NCBI GenBank assembly: GCA_951406725.2
Contig: OX597827.1
Location: 55,180,001-55,244,000 of the forward strand
Direction of reading: 5' to 3'
From: Octopus vulgaris
Lineage: Eukaryota
DNA length: 64,000 bases
The position numbers and the translations under genes are program-made. Positions within the stretch are counted from its first letter, which is position 1. The number at the start of each line of letters is the position of its first letter. The notes under the pieces were generated by a model, which had not been told where the DNA came from, ran no database searches, and saw only the letters and a program-made list of their open reading frames with translations. Shown here one piece after another: positions 27,305 to 39,166 of the stretch.

Positions 27305-28699
27305 TAGTAGTTCAATGGACCAGCCTGGTCACATTTGGTGTGTCAGGCTGAATCTCCCTGAGAACTATCATAAGGGTATACATGTCTGTGGAGTGGTCAA
27401 TCACGTGCATGTTAATTTCACAAGCAGGCAGTGTCGTTGATCAAATCAACTGGAACTCTTGTCATCATAAGTAATGGAGTGCCCAGCCACACACACAAGT
27501 AAATATTTGTGTACTCTGGTCAAAATGATATTAAAAAAATAAGGGATACTTTGGTATAATGGTAGCAAATCGGTCATGACCACAGAAAATGTGGGCTTGA
27601 GTCCCACAGGCAGCTTTTGACTTTTTTCCCCAATGGTGCTCCAGTATGACTGCAGCCATATGGCTGGAATGTATAAGAGAAATGTCTATCTTAGTGTGTA
27701 TGTATATGGGTTCACCTGTACTCGTAACAATTTTTGTATACATATATATATATGTATATACACACATATACACACATGTACATACATGCTCATGGCTTCT
27801 CAGCCTTTTGGCTAAGATCAGAATACAGTATATACATGTTCAAACACGCAAACAATTTGACTCATTATAAGCAATGTGAAACCAAACCCAAGTTGCTTTG
27901 TCTAAATAATGATCTATTGCATTGGCATAAACTAATGAAGGATCTCCTGTGCAGGTACTCATCCTGCTAAAAATAGCAGTCAAATCTCTCCTAAATCACA
28001 CACTAGCATCTTTAAAAAAAAGGGGGAGATCATCACATGCTTGCAAAAATAGGGTGGGTTGGTCATGGCTGAAAACCCTTTGATCATAGGTCTGCTTCCT
28101 CAAGGCTGATTGTGGACTAAAGGATAGCAACAATAATAGCACACCAACTATACAATAATGATGTCGTCGTTGTCATCATCATTACCATTTTCATTTAATA
28201 TCTTTTTCCCATGCTGGTATGTGTTGGATAGTTTGACAGAAGCTGGTGAGCTAGAAGACTATGCCAAGCTCCAGTGTCTTCTTTGCAATGGTTTCTGCTA
28301 CTAAATACTTCTTCCTAATGCCAACTATTTTACAGATTATAATGTGTGCTTTCTACATGGCAATGGCACCAATGATGTCACCAAGTAACTCACTCAAATT
28401 TGTCTGTATCATCTGGAAAAAAAGAAAGGACACATTCATTTGGTTCATGTAGTCAGGGGTACAATGTGCACTATCTCTGAATAAAATTAAGTGGGTTGGT
28501 CACAGATGGAATGTCTTTGATTATGGGTCTCTTTAACAAGAGTTGACTTCTGACTAAAATGTGACAATAGCAATTGTATTGATACCTCTCATCTCTGAGT
28601 AGGGAGTAGTATTGAGGGAGATGACTATATTCCAGATGACAAGCAGTTATATAACGACCAACTACTGAATTCTTATATTCTCTTGATTTCCTGTAATTC

Positions 28700-29425
28700 A
28701 GACCACCTCATCATCCCATAAGACAAAATGGATAAAGCATTACCCCAGGGGATGGCAAGAGAGATGTACTGGAACATCCACTCTAACTCATGGGCTCACA
28801 CTTGCAGACAGCCATCTCCACCCTGATAGCAGTGAGCAGGGATATGGTCCAGGGGCTGAAAACATAGGAAGTCTCCAATACCACAGGTTTGACCATAAAC
28901 TTGTCAGAGAACAACCAATACTTTGACAGTTTGCTCTTCTCAGCTTGATAAGCAGCAGAGCCTGGGCTGGTAGCTGAACACACCAGACTGCTGCTGGAGG
29001 TGTCACATCATGTAGCTATCCCAAAAAAGGGGCATACTGCCATAGAACATGAAAATTGTCATATTGGCAAGCCTTTTACCATCCCCTTAGTCTAACCCAA
29101 CTGGCTCAAGCTGGGAAGGGAAGCTTGTGGTGTCCAGGCCATGCTTTATGATTTTGTTAAAAACAATGTGGCACAGAAGGTAACCAGCATTTTAGGGGCA
29201 TGACAATGGGTGGAGGCTGAAGGAATCCACAGTGAATCCACAGCAGCATTCATGAGGTTCACAGATCTAGAGAGGCCAAACCTCCATAGAAATGCCAAAG
29301 TGCAGACAATCACTATCAAGCTGAGTGCCAGTCACAAGTGTTGGCACCACATTGAGCCAGCCTCTGCTGTGAGGCTCAGAGGCTGAGCAGAAATATGCAA
29401 GATGCTAACTCGTTGAAGATCAAAG
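28700..29425 (-). mobile_element. CRE-like non-LTR retrotransposon remnant (zinc knuckle plus RLE)
   Basis: Minus frames give SASEPHSRGWLNVVP..GTQLDSDCL, CEPHECCCGFTVDSFSLHPLSC, FPSQLEPVGLD*GDGKR and PGSAAYQAEKSKLSKY...KPVVLETS, the residue pattern of CRE-clade C-termini; many stops and frameshifts. Confidence 0.75.
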
Positions 29426-29559
29426 GTTTAAGTTTGAGAGAGAGAGAGAGCAGAACAGGTATAATGTTGTAGAGGAGATACATGGTTGTTTCAGTTGGAA
29501 AAGAGAGAAGATGGTGGTAAAGATGTGTCAGGGCATTCTCTCTTCATAATGGAAAGATA

Positions 29560-30250
29560 ATTGCACATTTTCAGCATTTATTATACCTGTGCATCTTCCA
29601 CATACAAAATATAGTTTCCCTGCTAACCTTCCTCTGATATTGCTGCACTTTTTATTTGTCCAAAGCTTACACTGGGTGCATCTTATGGAGTTTCTACCTA
29701 CACCTTTTCTACAGATCAAGCAGAGCCATCTACCTGAAGGGAGTTTTGATTTGTCTGCCTTCCTACTTACTAAGACTTTGGTTTTTGCTAGGTTAACTCT
29801 AAGGCCCTTTGATTCTAGACCTTGTTGCCATACCTGGAACTTCTTTAGTTCAGGTAGTGATTCAGCTACAAGAGCAAGGTCATCAGCATAGAGGAGTTCC
29901 CAGGGGCAGCTTGTCTCAAATTCCCCTGTTATTGCCTGGAGGATTATGATGAAGAGGAGGGAGCTGAGCACTGATCCTTGGTGAACCCCTACTTGTACCC
30001 TGAATTCTTCGCTATACTCATTGCCAGCCCTCACCTTACTGTACGTAGCTTGTACAGCTCTCACAAACCACTCATCTATCCTTAGTTTCTGCATTGACCA
30101 CCAGATAAGGGACTGGGAGACCTTGTCAAAGGCTTTCTCCAAGTCAATAAAAGCCGAGTACAGAGGTTTATCTTTGGTCATCTGTTTCTCCTGCAGCTGC
30201 CTTACCAGAAATATAACATCAGAGGTGCTTTTCCCTGGCACAAAACCAAA
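29560..30250 (-). mobile_element. RTE-clade LINE reverse-transcriptase fragment
   Basis: ORF 29528-30241 has FIDLEKAFDKV, GVHQGSVLSSLLF, LLYADDL and GLRVNLAKTKVL motifs followed by a Cys-rich module; truncated on both sides. Confidence 0.92.
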
Positions 30251-31122
30251 TTATATATATCTTTTATCTTTTACTTGCTTCAGTCACTTGACTGTGGCTA
30301 TGCTTGGACACCACCTTGAAGGCTTTTTGTCAAACAAATTGATGCCAGCACTTATTTTTTGAAGCCTAGCATTTGTTCAATCAGTATCTTTTTGCCGAAA
30401 CATTAAGTTATGGGGATGTAAACACACCAACACCACTTGTCAAGGGGTGGTGGGACACACACACATATGACAGGCTTCTTTCAGTTTCCGTCTACCAATT
30501 CCACTCACAAAGCTTTGGTTGACCTGAAACTATAATAGAAGACACTTATCCAAGTGCCACACAGTGGGACTGAACCTGGTACCATCTGGCTGGGAAGAAA
30601 GTTTCTTACCACACAGCCATGCCTGCATATACACATATATTCTTTTTGACTGCTGCATGAGGAAGCACTGATAAAATATTGAGGAAAGTATCCTATAAGA
30701 GGTGTTTCTCATTTTGTGTTTACAATCGCTAGTATTATTTACAGTGGGTTTCCTGACCTTAAATAATTTATTTAAATAATTTCTGACATTTTACAACTGA
30801 TTTTAAAAAGAGATACAGTCACAGGCAGAAAAAGAAATATGTGGCTTAAGGTTCTTTTCTGTCTGCCAATTTCATGCTATTGATGATGATGATGATGGTG
30901 ATGATGAGGAGGAGGTGTTGATGGAAGAAAAAGATATTGCGCACTTGATTTGTAAGCTGAAACTGTTTAAATACAAGAGGAGTGCATAATAAAATTCTAG
31001 TTAGGTGTATCTGGCATGACACAAACATACACAACCCCACCCACAGACACACATACGTATGTATATCTGTACATACACATATATACATACATACATACAT
31101 ACATACATACATACATACATAC

Positions 31123-31227
<105 letters not shown>

Positions 31228-32160
31228 TTATTGGCTAAACTGGCAAAATGACCATTCCTAAATACAACAATATATATATATATATGGCCATAGGGACTGT
31301 AAATATGTTGGGTTTTTTTTTGCTTGGACACTGGCTTTTCTTAAAAGGTTTCCTTTTATCTTAAAAAGTAACTTTTAATCATAAAAAATTCTTAATCGAT
31401 GAACTTTTATCCATACCTTATGTATTTATTTGTTTCTTATATAAACTTAGATATGTTTCGACCAAAGATTGGTCCAGGCCATGTCTAACTTAATAGCACC
31501 ACCTGATTATACGTATTTTTATATTTTTATATATTTATTATTCTAGGTTTTATAATGTAAAACATTTTTTTAGACACTGAAATATTAATTTTTTATATTT
31601 TTATATTGCAATAGACTGTACTCACTTTTTTCTATATATTTGTCTAAATGAAATATTGTTTCATCCTCTGTGATTTTGTGCATCTGTATTCTATGTATAA
31701 GAAAAAGCATTATGTTTCTTTATATGTAATTAAATATTCGAAATGTGATATGTTAGGTGGATGACCTTAAATTTGTTGCTTGTTCTACAACCAAAGTTTG
31801 TTATATATATTTATATGCACGTATGCATACATGAGTGTATGTATTCAAGCAATTTCCGATATTTCAAGTTACAGAGATGCATATAATTGCTTCATATGCA
31901 GTAAGACATAACCACACAACACATATATCCTCATATCTATAGACACACCGCCTCCACCTACCCAGCTAGCCCTCACTTTTCTTGTCTGTTATGTGTTGTG
32001 TTAAGCAACTGGTTAGCTGGTATGTTAACCTCATGATTTCACCTATGTTGGAGGGGACCCTCTTTGCAGCCCTCCAAGGTAGCCAGAGATACTGTTAACA
32101 TTCCATGATAACTACACAGGCCTAGGTTCAGGAACACTGGAGGGGTGTCCGATCTGATAC

Positions 32161-32558
32161 CGTCACATACAATTTAAGTAGAATAAACAGAGTCAAAGTC
32201 AGGCGGTCTACGATCACAGTATGGGGTGGTTTATTCTCGGTTACAGGCAAGAACTGGTGCACGTGTATCTCTAGTGGGAAGCCGGCAGCCGAATCCGCAG
32301 GACTGATTGCGATGCTTTCTTGTTGCGAGTCAAGACGATTCGTCGGTTCGCTCCCGCTTCGTTGGGGTGAGGTTCTCTGAGTGAAAGTCAAGCCACGTCC
32401 GACCGCTAGCGCAGCTTATGCTGGAAAGAGGGTGATTTAGCGGTCAGCGTTTTGGTTTCAGTTCCTGCACATGCGCATGAGGAAAACTTCTGGTGGCCAA
32501 CTGGAAGCAATCCAATTCTGCGCATGTGCGCTGAAATTTACACAGTAGCATCACTACA
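32161..32558 (-). mobile_element. Probable solo LTR (CpG-rich, about 400 bp)
   Basis: Minus strand starts TGTAGTGATG and ends GTATGTGACG (one change from CA), with AATAAA about 70 bp from the end; much more CpG-rich than flanks. No TSD, PBS or PPT found. Confidence 0.5.
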
Positions 32559-33624
32559 TATGCAAGGATAGAATTCTAGAGAATAGATGTCGTAGGGGAA
32601 GAAGGACTCATTGTAGTGCTGTTGTGCAGGGCCTAGAGGTGTGGAAACAATACGAATGAAAGGAGGAAAGATGAGCAGAGATGTCGTAAGAGCAGTAAGC
32701 TCTGAGAAGCAGAGGCTAAATAGGTAGTGGTAGAAAAGGCAGAAAAAAAACAGGCAGTGCATCTGTGAACCATACACGAATACACACAAATGCATACTTA
32801 AAATACACAGACATGCAAAGTCATGTGCACACTCAACGAAGCAATTTTCTTCATTACAAGCAACATAAAACCTTAACAAGCTAATAGGCCTAATGAAGCC
32901 TGCATAATTTGAAATACATATCCACACATATCTTCCATACACTTTTAAACATTTATACACACACATACACATACAGAAGCAATTTCCTTTAATACAAACA
33001 ATGTAAAACCATAGAGACATGTTGCACAACAGAGCATGTATAAACATTGCACAAAGACACACACACACACACATACACACACATGTTCATAAGCACGTAG
33101 ACAGAAGCAACTTTCTTCACTCCTAACAACATCATAAAACTACACAGCTGCCTTGCATACCACAGAACTCCTACACATATTCTTGCCTGTGTGGGTACCA
33201 TTCTGAATTTACAATATTTATTCCTGTTTCATCTCTGCCTTGCCCCCGCCCTCACACAACAAAACATTCAACTCCATAATGTCTATAAGTATATACAATC
33301 ACAGAAAAAAATGTAGCTAATACAAAAAACAGCAGAAATATCAGCCTTCACTATCATAATGTCAGGGGGATTTCTTGAATAAATACCTGTTTAAATCTTT
33401 CAAAAGTATACAGACTCAGCCATGTAATGTAAAAGCTGCACACATAAATCATTGATGCCATCTAAAAAAATATTCACTGATGATGTGTATCAAAATGATG
33501 GTCTCGAGTTTAGGCACAAGACCAGCAATTTCAGGAAGCAGGGTTAGTTGAATATATTGATGTCCCAGTGTGCATAGCACTTATTTTATCAATCTCCGAA
33601 AGATGAAAGGCGAAGTCAATCCCA

Positions 33625-33726
33625 TTGCTTCAGCAATACATACACCAAAATTGGAATGGTACAGAGAGGAGTAGCTTGGCCTCTGTACAAGGATGACATG
33701 CAAATTTGTGAAGCATTCCATATTTT
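33625..33726 (+). pseudogene. RNU6: U6 snRNA retrocopy, near full length
   Basis: ttgcttcagcaatacatacaccaaaattggaatggtACAGAGAggagtAGCttggcctctgtacaaggatgacatgcaaatttgtgaagcattccatatttt is collinear with U6, with ACAGAGA box and AGC triad intact. Many differences are CpG-decay type. Upstream sequence is SINE, not a PSE/TATA promoter. Confidence 0.93.
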
Positions 33727-33849
33727 ACTTAATGGAGGTGCACCAGTATGGCCACAGCTCTCAAGCAGAAACTAGTTAAAGAGTTAAAGAGCCAGAAGAA
33801 ATGCCACTAAGCATTTTGTTTAATGCACCAACAATCTTGGCAGCTTGCC

Positions 33850-33888
<39 letters not shown>

Positions 33889-34056
33889 TATTATCATTTG
33901 TACTAAGGCACAAGGCCTGAAATTTTGACAATATCAGCCTTAGTACTTATTTCATCAACCCCAAGAGGATGAAAGGTAAAGTTGATCCTAGTGGAATTTG
34001 AATTCAGAATGTAAAGCCAGACAAAATAATAATAATAATGATTATAATAATAATAA

Positions 34057-34087
<31 letters not shown>

Positions 34088-34374
34088 CAAATTTTGGCAC
34101 AAGGCCAGCAATTTCAGGGTGAGGGTATAATCAATTAAATTGAACACCAGCTCTTGATTGATACTTATATTATTGACTCTGAAAAGAGAAAAGGCAAAGT
34201 TGACCTTGGTGGAATTTAAACTCAGAATGTAAAGACAGATGAAATGCTGTTAAGCATCTTGCTCAGTGTGCTGATGGTTCTCCCAGCTTCCCACTTTAAT
34301 AATAATAATAATAATAATAATCCTTTCTACTATAGGAGATAAGTCAATTACATCAACCCCAGGACTCAAAGAAG

Positions 34375-35037
34375 TTCTAGTTGCTCTTTGAGTCTATGCC
34401 ATCTGATCCCTGCCCCTTCACGCCTGATATTTCCTATCAGATCTGTTTCCTTGATGACATGCAGCCACTTTGGGTAGTCCTTGATGAATGTCTCTCAAGT
34501 ATTTAGGTCAATGGGGCAGTGGAGGAGAGTGGCCTTGAGCTGGTCCCGGAAACAGAATTTGGGGGCTCTGTGTGGTCAGGTGTCTGAGACCAACTCAACA
34601 TAGAGGAGTTGATGGGGGAGGTGCATGAGGCATATGTATGATGTGTCCTGACCTATAGAAGCAGTGTCATGCTATGACAGCTTCAATGCTGGTCAGTCCA
34701 GCCTGGAACAGAACCTCTTCATTGGTGATTAGTATAGCCCCTCTGTCGAATCCTAATGATTGTGTGAAGTTTGTGCTGTTGGAAACATTCAATTTTCATC
34801 AAGGCTCATCAATACAACACCCACATCTCACAGTCATTGAAGAGTGTGGAAAGGACAATGGCTCAGAATACCATGATTTTCACTGGTTTAGGAAGACCTG
34901 TTTTGAGAGTTTTCTAAAAGCCGTATGGGCTGCAATGATCCTATTCTCAATGCCTTTCTGAATGGTGCAATTGCTGGACAGGTAGCTTCTGAGGTATGGA
35001 AAAGTCTCCACATTTTCCAGGACAGTGCTGCATAGCC
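34375..35037 (-). mobile_element. RTE LINE 3' fragment
   Basis: Minus frame LCSTVLENVETFPYLRSYLSSNCTIQKGIENRIIAAHTAFRKL and downstream ORF2 C-terminal residues; decayed. Confidence 0.75.
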
Positions 35038-35167
35038 TTATGTTACTGGTTTTGGGTGGGGGAGATTGGTTTTGAGTTGACCAAAGCTTAGCTTTCTAAA
35101 TAGATTTGGTAGATAAACTACAAGATGCCTATTGTGTGTGTGTGTGTGTGTTTGTGTGTGTATGTGT

Positions 35168-35225
<58 letters not shown>

Positions 35226-35491
35226 GTGTGTGTGTGCATGACAGTTGTAAACGAGTATCCCCATAGTGCAAGTGGTGTTCTTTGTTTCCAATATTCTGTG
35301 GAAATATGTCTGGTCACGAAAAAATATTATTTTACTTGGAAACAGGTGAGGGTTGGCTTGGGGCTCTAATAGAAGGCATTTAACTGAGTTGCCACACAGC
35401 TCAAGAATGAGCTTGAAACTACACAAACTACATGTGCTTAAGAAGCAAACTTCTTAACTACACAGTTATGCTTGTATACCACCAATATATA

Positions 35492-35891
35492 TCTTTATAT
35501 ATAAAAGTAAGGTTGTGTGCTGTCTGTATCCTACAATTTAGATTCCTAACTACTCTCACATTTTGCGGTGCAGTTTAACCAAAACCGGGTATCTTATAGT
35601 TGTGATTCATATCGAGCCCTTCTGGGTATTAGCGCGTGTCTACGATGAGTCTATGATTTTAAAAAAAATTTACCATCAATTTTTCCCATTTTTAATGCAT
35701 TTTTTGGCATATATATAAGGGAAGTAATTCTCTATAAATTTATCATTAAATCTCAGAACGTAAAAAGCTACAGTAACCCCGCCCCCTTTGTGGTTAGCCA
35801 TATTGTGATGGCTATTATACTTTACATCTCTAAAAATGCTTATATAGTTATTTCCCTTACAAACCCGAGCAACACCGGGCGATACTGCTAG
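35492..35891 (+). mobile_element. Non-autonomous Helitron
   Basis: Begins TC (a|tctttatatataaaag), ends with subterminal hairpin cccg-agcaacac-cggg and CTAG, inserted between A and T with no TSD. Confidence 0.85.
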
Positions 35892-35909
35892 TATATATAT
35901 ATATATATA

Positions 35910-36200
35910 TATATATAAATTAGAAAAAACCAACTTTTATCAATTCAAAATGAAAAATTAAATTACACCATCTAGAAAATTACATATAATAGAAAGATTA
36001 AACATAAGATAAAAAATATAATGATGATTAAGTAATGTGCAAAATAATAAATAAAACGTATATATTTTGCACATTACTTAATCATCATTATATTTTTTAT
36101 CTTATATTTAATCTTTCTATTATATGTAATTTTCTAGATGGTGTAATTTAATTTTTCATTTTGAATTGATAAAAGGTGGTTTTTTTCTAATTTATATATA
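35910..36200. repeat. Long AT-rich inverted repeat (arms about 135 bp, spacer under 20 bp)
   Basis: aaattagaaaaaacc...taagtaatgtgcaaaata is mirrored by ttttgcacattactta...ttttttctaattt with only a few mismatches. Confidence 0.92.
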
Positions 36201-36252
36201 TATATTATATTTTGTGAAATTTGATTTAGTATTTCTAAATTGAATTTTTCCC

Positions 36253-37629
36253 AGTAAGTTTGGAATAATATTCCCTCATGTTATTATTATTATATATATA
36301 TATATATATATATATCATCATCATCATCATCATCATCATCGTTTAACGTCCGCTTTCCGCGCTAGCACGGGTTGGATGGTTTGACCGGGTCTGGGAAGCC
36401 AGGGGCCGCACCAGGCTCCAGTCTGAATCTGGCAGAGTTTCTACGGCTGGATGCCCTTCCTAACGCCAACCACTCCGTGAGTGGATTGGGTGCTTTTTAC
36501 GTGCCACCTGCACAGGGGCCGGAGGGTCCGGCATCGTCACGATCGGTTCGAGCATTTTAACGTGTCAGCGGCACGGGGGCAACGAGGTCCGGGGTACTTT
36601 GGGGATCGGTGTACTTTGGGGATCCAGGGTACTTTGGGGATCCGGGGTACTTAGAATGGGTAGGGGGTATGTGGAATTGCTGCAGAAAGCAGCCCGGGTC
36701 TTTGTAGTCACAGCATTTATCGTCACTGAGTAACGTAATTAGGTAGAGGAAAGAAATACAGATATTCTAGAGTTGAGTTGGGGAGGGGGGTCCAGTTGAG
36801 GCGGGTAATATAGGGGAGCAACCAGTGGGAAGGTTGGGGTAAGGAGGAACGATGGCAGGAAGGGTTGGTGTAGGTTCCTAAGAAATAAAAACGTAGGATA
36901 TTACGAGGCGGGAGGGTACTAAAGGGGATGGACGGAATGAGGCAGTGTCAGGAGGAAGCGTAAGATCGGTGGGCAGTTGATGAGCTATGGCGCTAACAGC
37001 TTGTCTTTTCACAGTGAAAGCATATGAGGAGTAAGTTTGGAATAATATTCCCTCATGTTATTATTATTATATATATATATATATATATATATATCATCAT
37101 CATCATCATCATCATCATCGTTTAACGTCCGCTTTCCGCGCTAGCACGGGTTGGACGGTTTGACCGGGTCTGGGAAGCCAGGGGCCGCACCAGGCTCCAG
37201 TCTGAATCTGGCAGAGTTTCTACGGCTGGATGCCCTTCCTAACGCCAACCACTCCGTGAGTGGATTGGGTGCTTTTTACGTGCCACCTGCACAGGGGCCG
37301 GAGGGTCCGGCATCGTCACGATCGGTTCGAGCATTTTAACGTGTCAGCGGCACGGGGGCAACGAGGTCCGGGGTACTTTGGGGATCGGGGTACTTTGGGG
37401 ATCCAGGGTACTTTGGGGATCCGGGGTACTTAGAATGGGTAGGGGGTATGTGGAATTGCTGCAGAAAGCAGCCCGGGTCTTTGTAGTCACAGCATTTATC
37501 GTCACTGAGTAACGTAATTAGGTAGAGGAAAGAAATACAGATATTCTAGAGTTGAGTTGGGGAGGGGGGTCCAGTTGAGGCGGGTAATATAGGGGAGCAA
37601 CCAGTGGGAAGGTTGGGGTAAGGAGGAAC

Positions 37630-37631
<2 letters not shown>
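36253..37631. repeat. Near-identical direct duplication of about 600 bp (36253-36852 and 37030-37631) containing a young family E element
   Basis: Copies differ by two visible substitutions and one TA unit; each contains an internal ~18-bp tandem ggggtactttggggatcc. Confidence 0.93.
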
Positions 37632-37681
<50 letters not shown>

Positions 37682-39101
37682 CATGTATGTGTGTGTGTGT
37701 GTGTCGTGTGCATGAACTACTGTGTTCCAGTCTGCAGAGAGTACCTACAGAGTACTGTACTTGAATGAGTGAAATAACTGGAAGTAAAATAAGAGTAAGA
37801 CCTATTATTACTAATAAACAACCAATAAACAACTGAAAATATGTGTGTGTGTGTGTGCGTGTGTGTGTGTGTGAGTGTGTGTGTGTGTGTGTGTGTGTAC
37901 TTGGAGAGCAATAGAGAGAGAAAAGGAAGAGAAGAAGGAGGTGACTGAGAACAAAGAAGTGTGCTGCAATGAGGGGTAAAATGTTAGAATTCCACAACTA
38001 GACACAAATGTCAAGTAAATCTCTCTCTCTCATATATATATATATATTATTTCGCAAATTCTATCATGGTTAAGGAAAAACAAGAATGAAAACAAAAGTA
38101 GAATTGTTATTTTAGAAAGAAGAATAACAGCCTGAATGTGTTATTGTTGGTTAGCCATGAACAATAGTTGACTTGATCTTAAAATTAGCCACCTGTGTGG
38201 ATTGTATGAGAAACGAAGAAATCTGCCATTACCTCTGGTAGGTTGTATGAGTATTGGAATTTTATATTTAGCTAGGCTTGCTGGCAAAGAATATCTTATT
38301 TCAAAAATACACTCCAAGTGATATGTTTACAGGTAAAAAATGGAGTTTAAATGATAAATAGATAAACAGATACAGGAGAAAAGTGATGACCATACACTGT
38401 AAAAGAAAACAAAATGATTAAAGAAATATAACAAAAGTTTCCGGAACACAAATTTATACAGGTGTGTGTGTGTGTGTGTGCGTGCGTGTGTGTGTGCATG
38501 TGTGTGTATGTGTGTATGTGTGTGTGCGTATGTGTGTGTGATATGTATTTGTGCATGTATGTTTTATTTCAGGATTTCTTGCCAATAGAGAAGAAGCTGG
38601 TTCTAACCTAAATGCAAGGCTCCTCCTTCATTGGAATTTCAACATCAACAGGGTATTTGTGCATGCATGTGTGTATGTGTGCAGTATTTAGAGTCGGTGC
38701 ATGTGCAGATTTATATGGTTTGCTTTATGCATGTATTCTCATGCATATAGTTGCATGTCTAGACATGCTCATATATACTTAAATGATAAACTTCTAGAAA
38801 GTTTTACAGATATTTACAGTTCCAGTAATGTCTTGGATCCATAGTCTTCAAATCAGCTTTCTGGTTTTGAGAAGCCTACTTTCTCAAGATTGGTACTTAG
38901 GCAGTGAGTTACATATCCCAGCACCTGAATAATTACAGGTATAATTCTGAACCTGTAATCTGAGTAAAGTAACTGCAGATTTCTCAATAGTTCAGCATAG
39001 GTATTTTCTTTTTCCCTGTTCTTAGAACATATATGTGTGCTAATAAATCCAAAATAGTCTTATGGTTTTATTTCTTGCATACGTGTGAACATGTGAGAAT
39101 G

Positions 39102-39138
<37 letters not shown>

Positions 39139-39166
39139 TCAAATGTGAGTATGCATGTATGTGCTA

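Noticed and set aside
31330-31800. Possible third Penelope-like remnant next to (TA)n
   Set aside because: Only partial gtttcg/cgaaa motifs; no complete hammerhead or second copy visible.
33625-33726. Functional U6 snRNA gene
   Set aside because: No upstream PSE/TATA, the first few nucleotides are missing, CpG-decay substitutions are scattered throughout, and it is embedded in a SINE.
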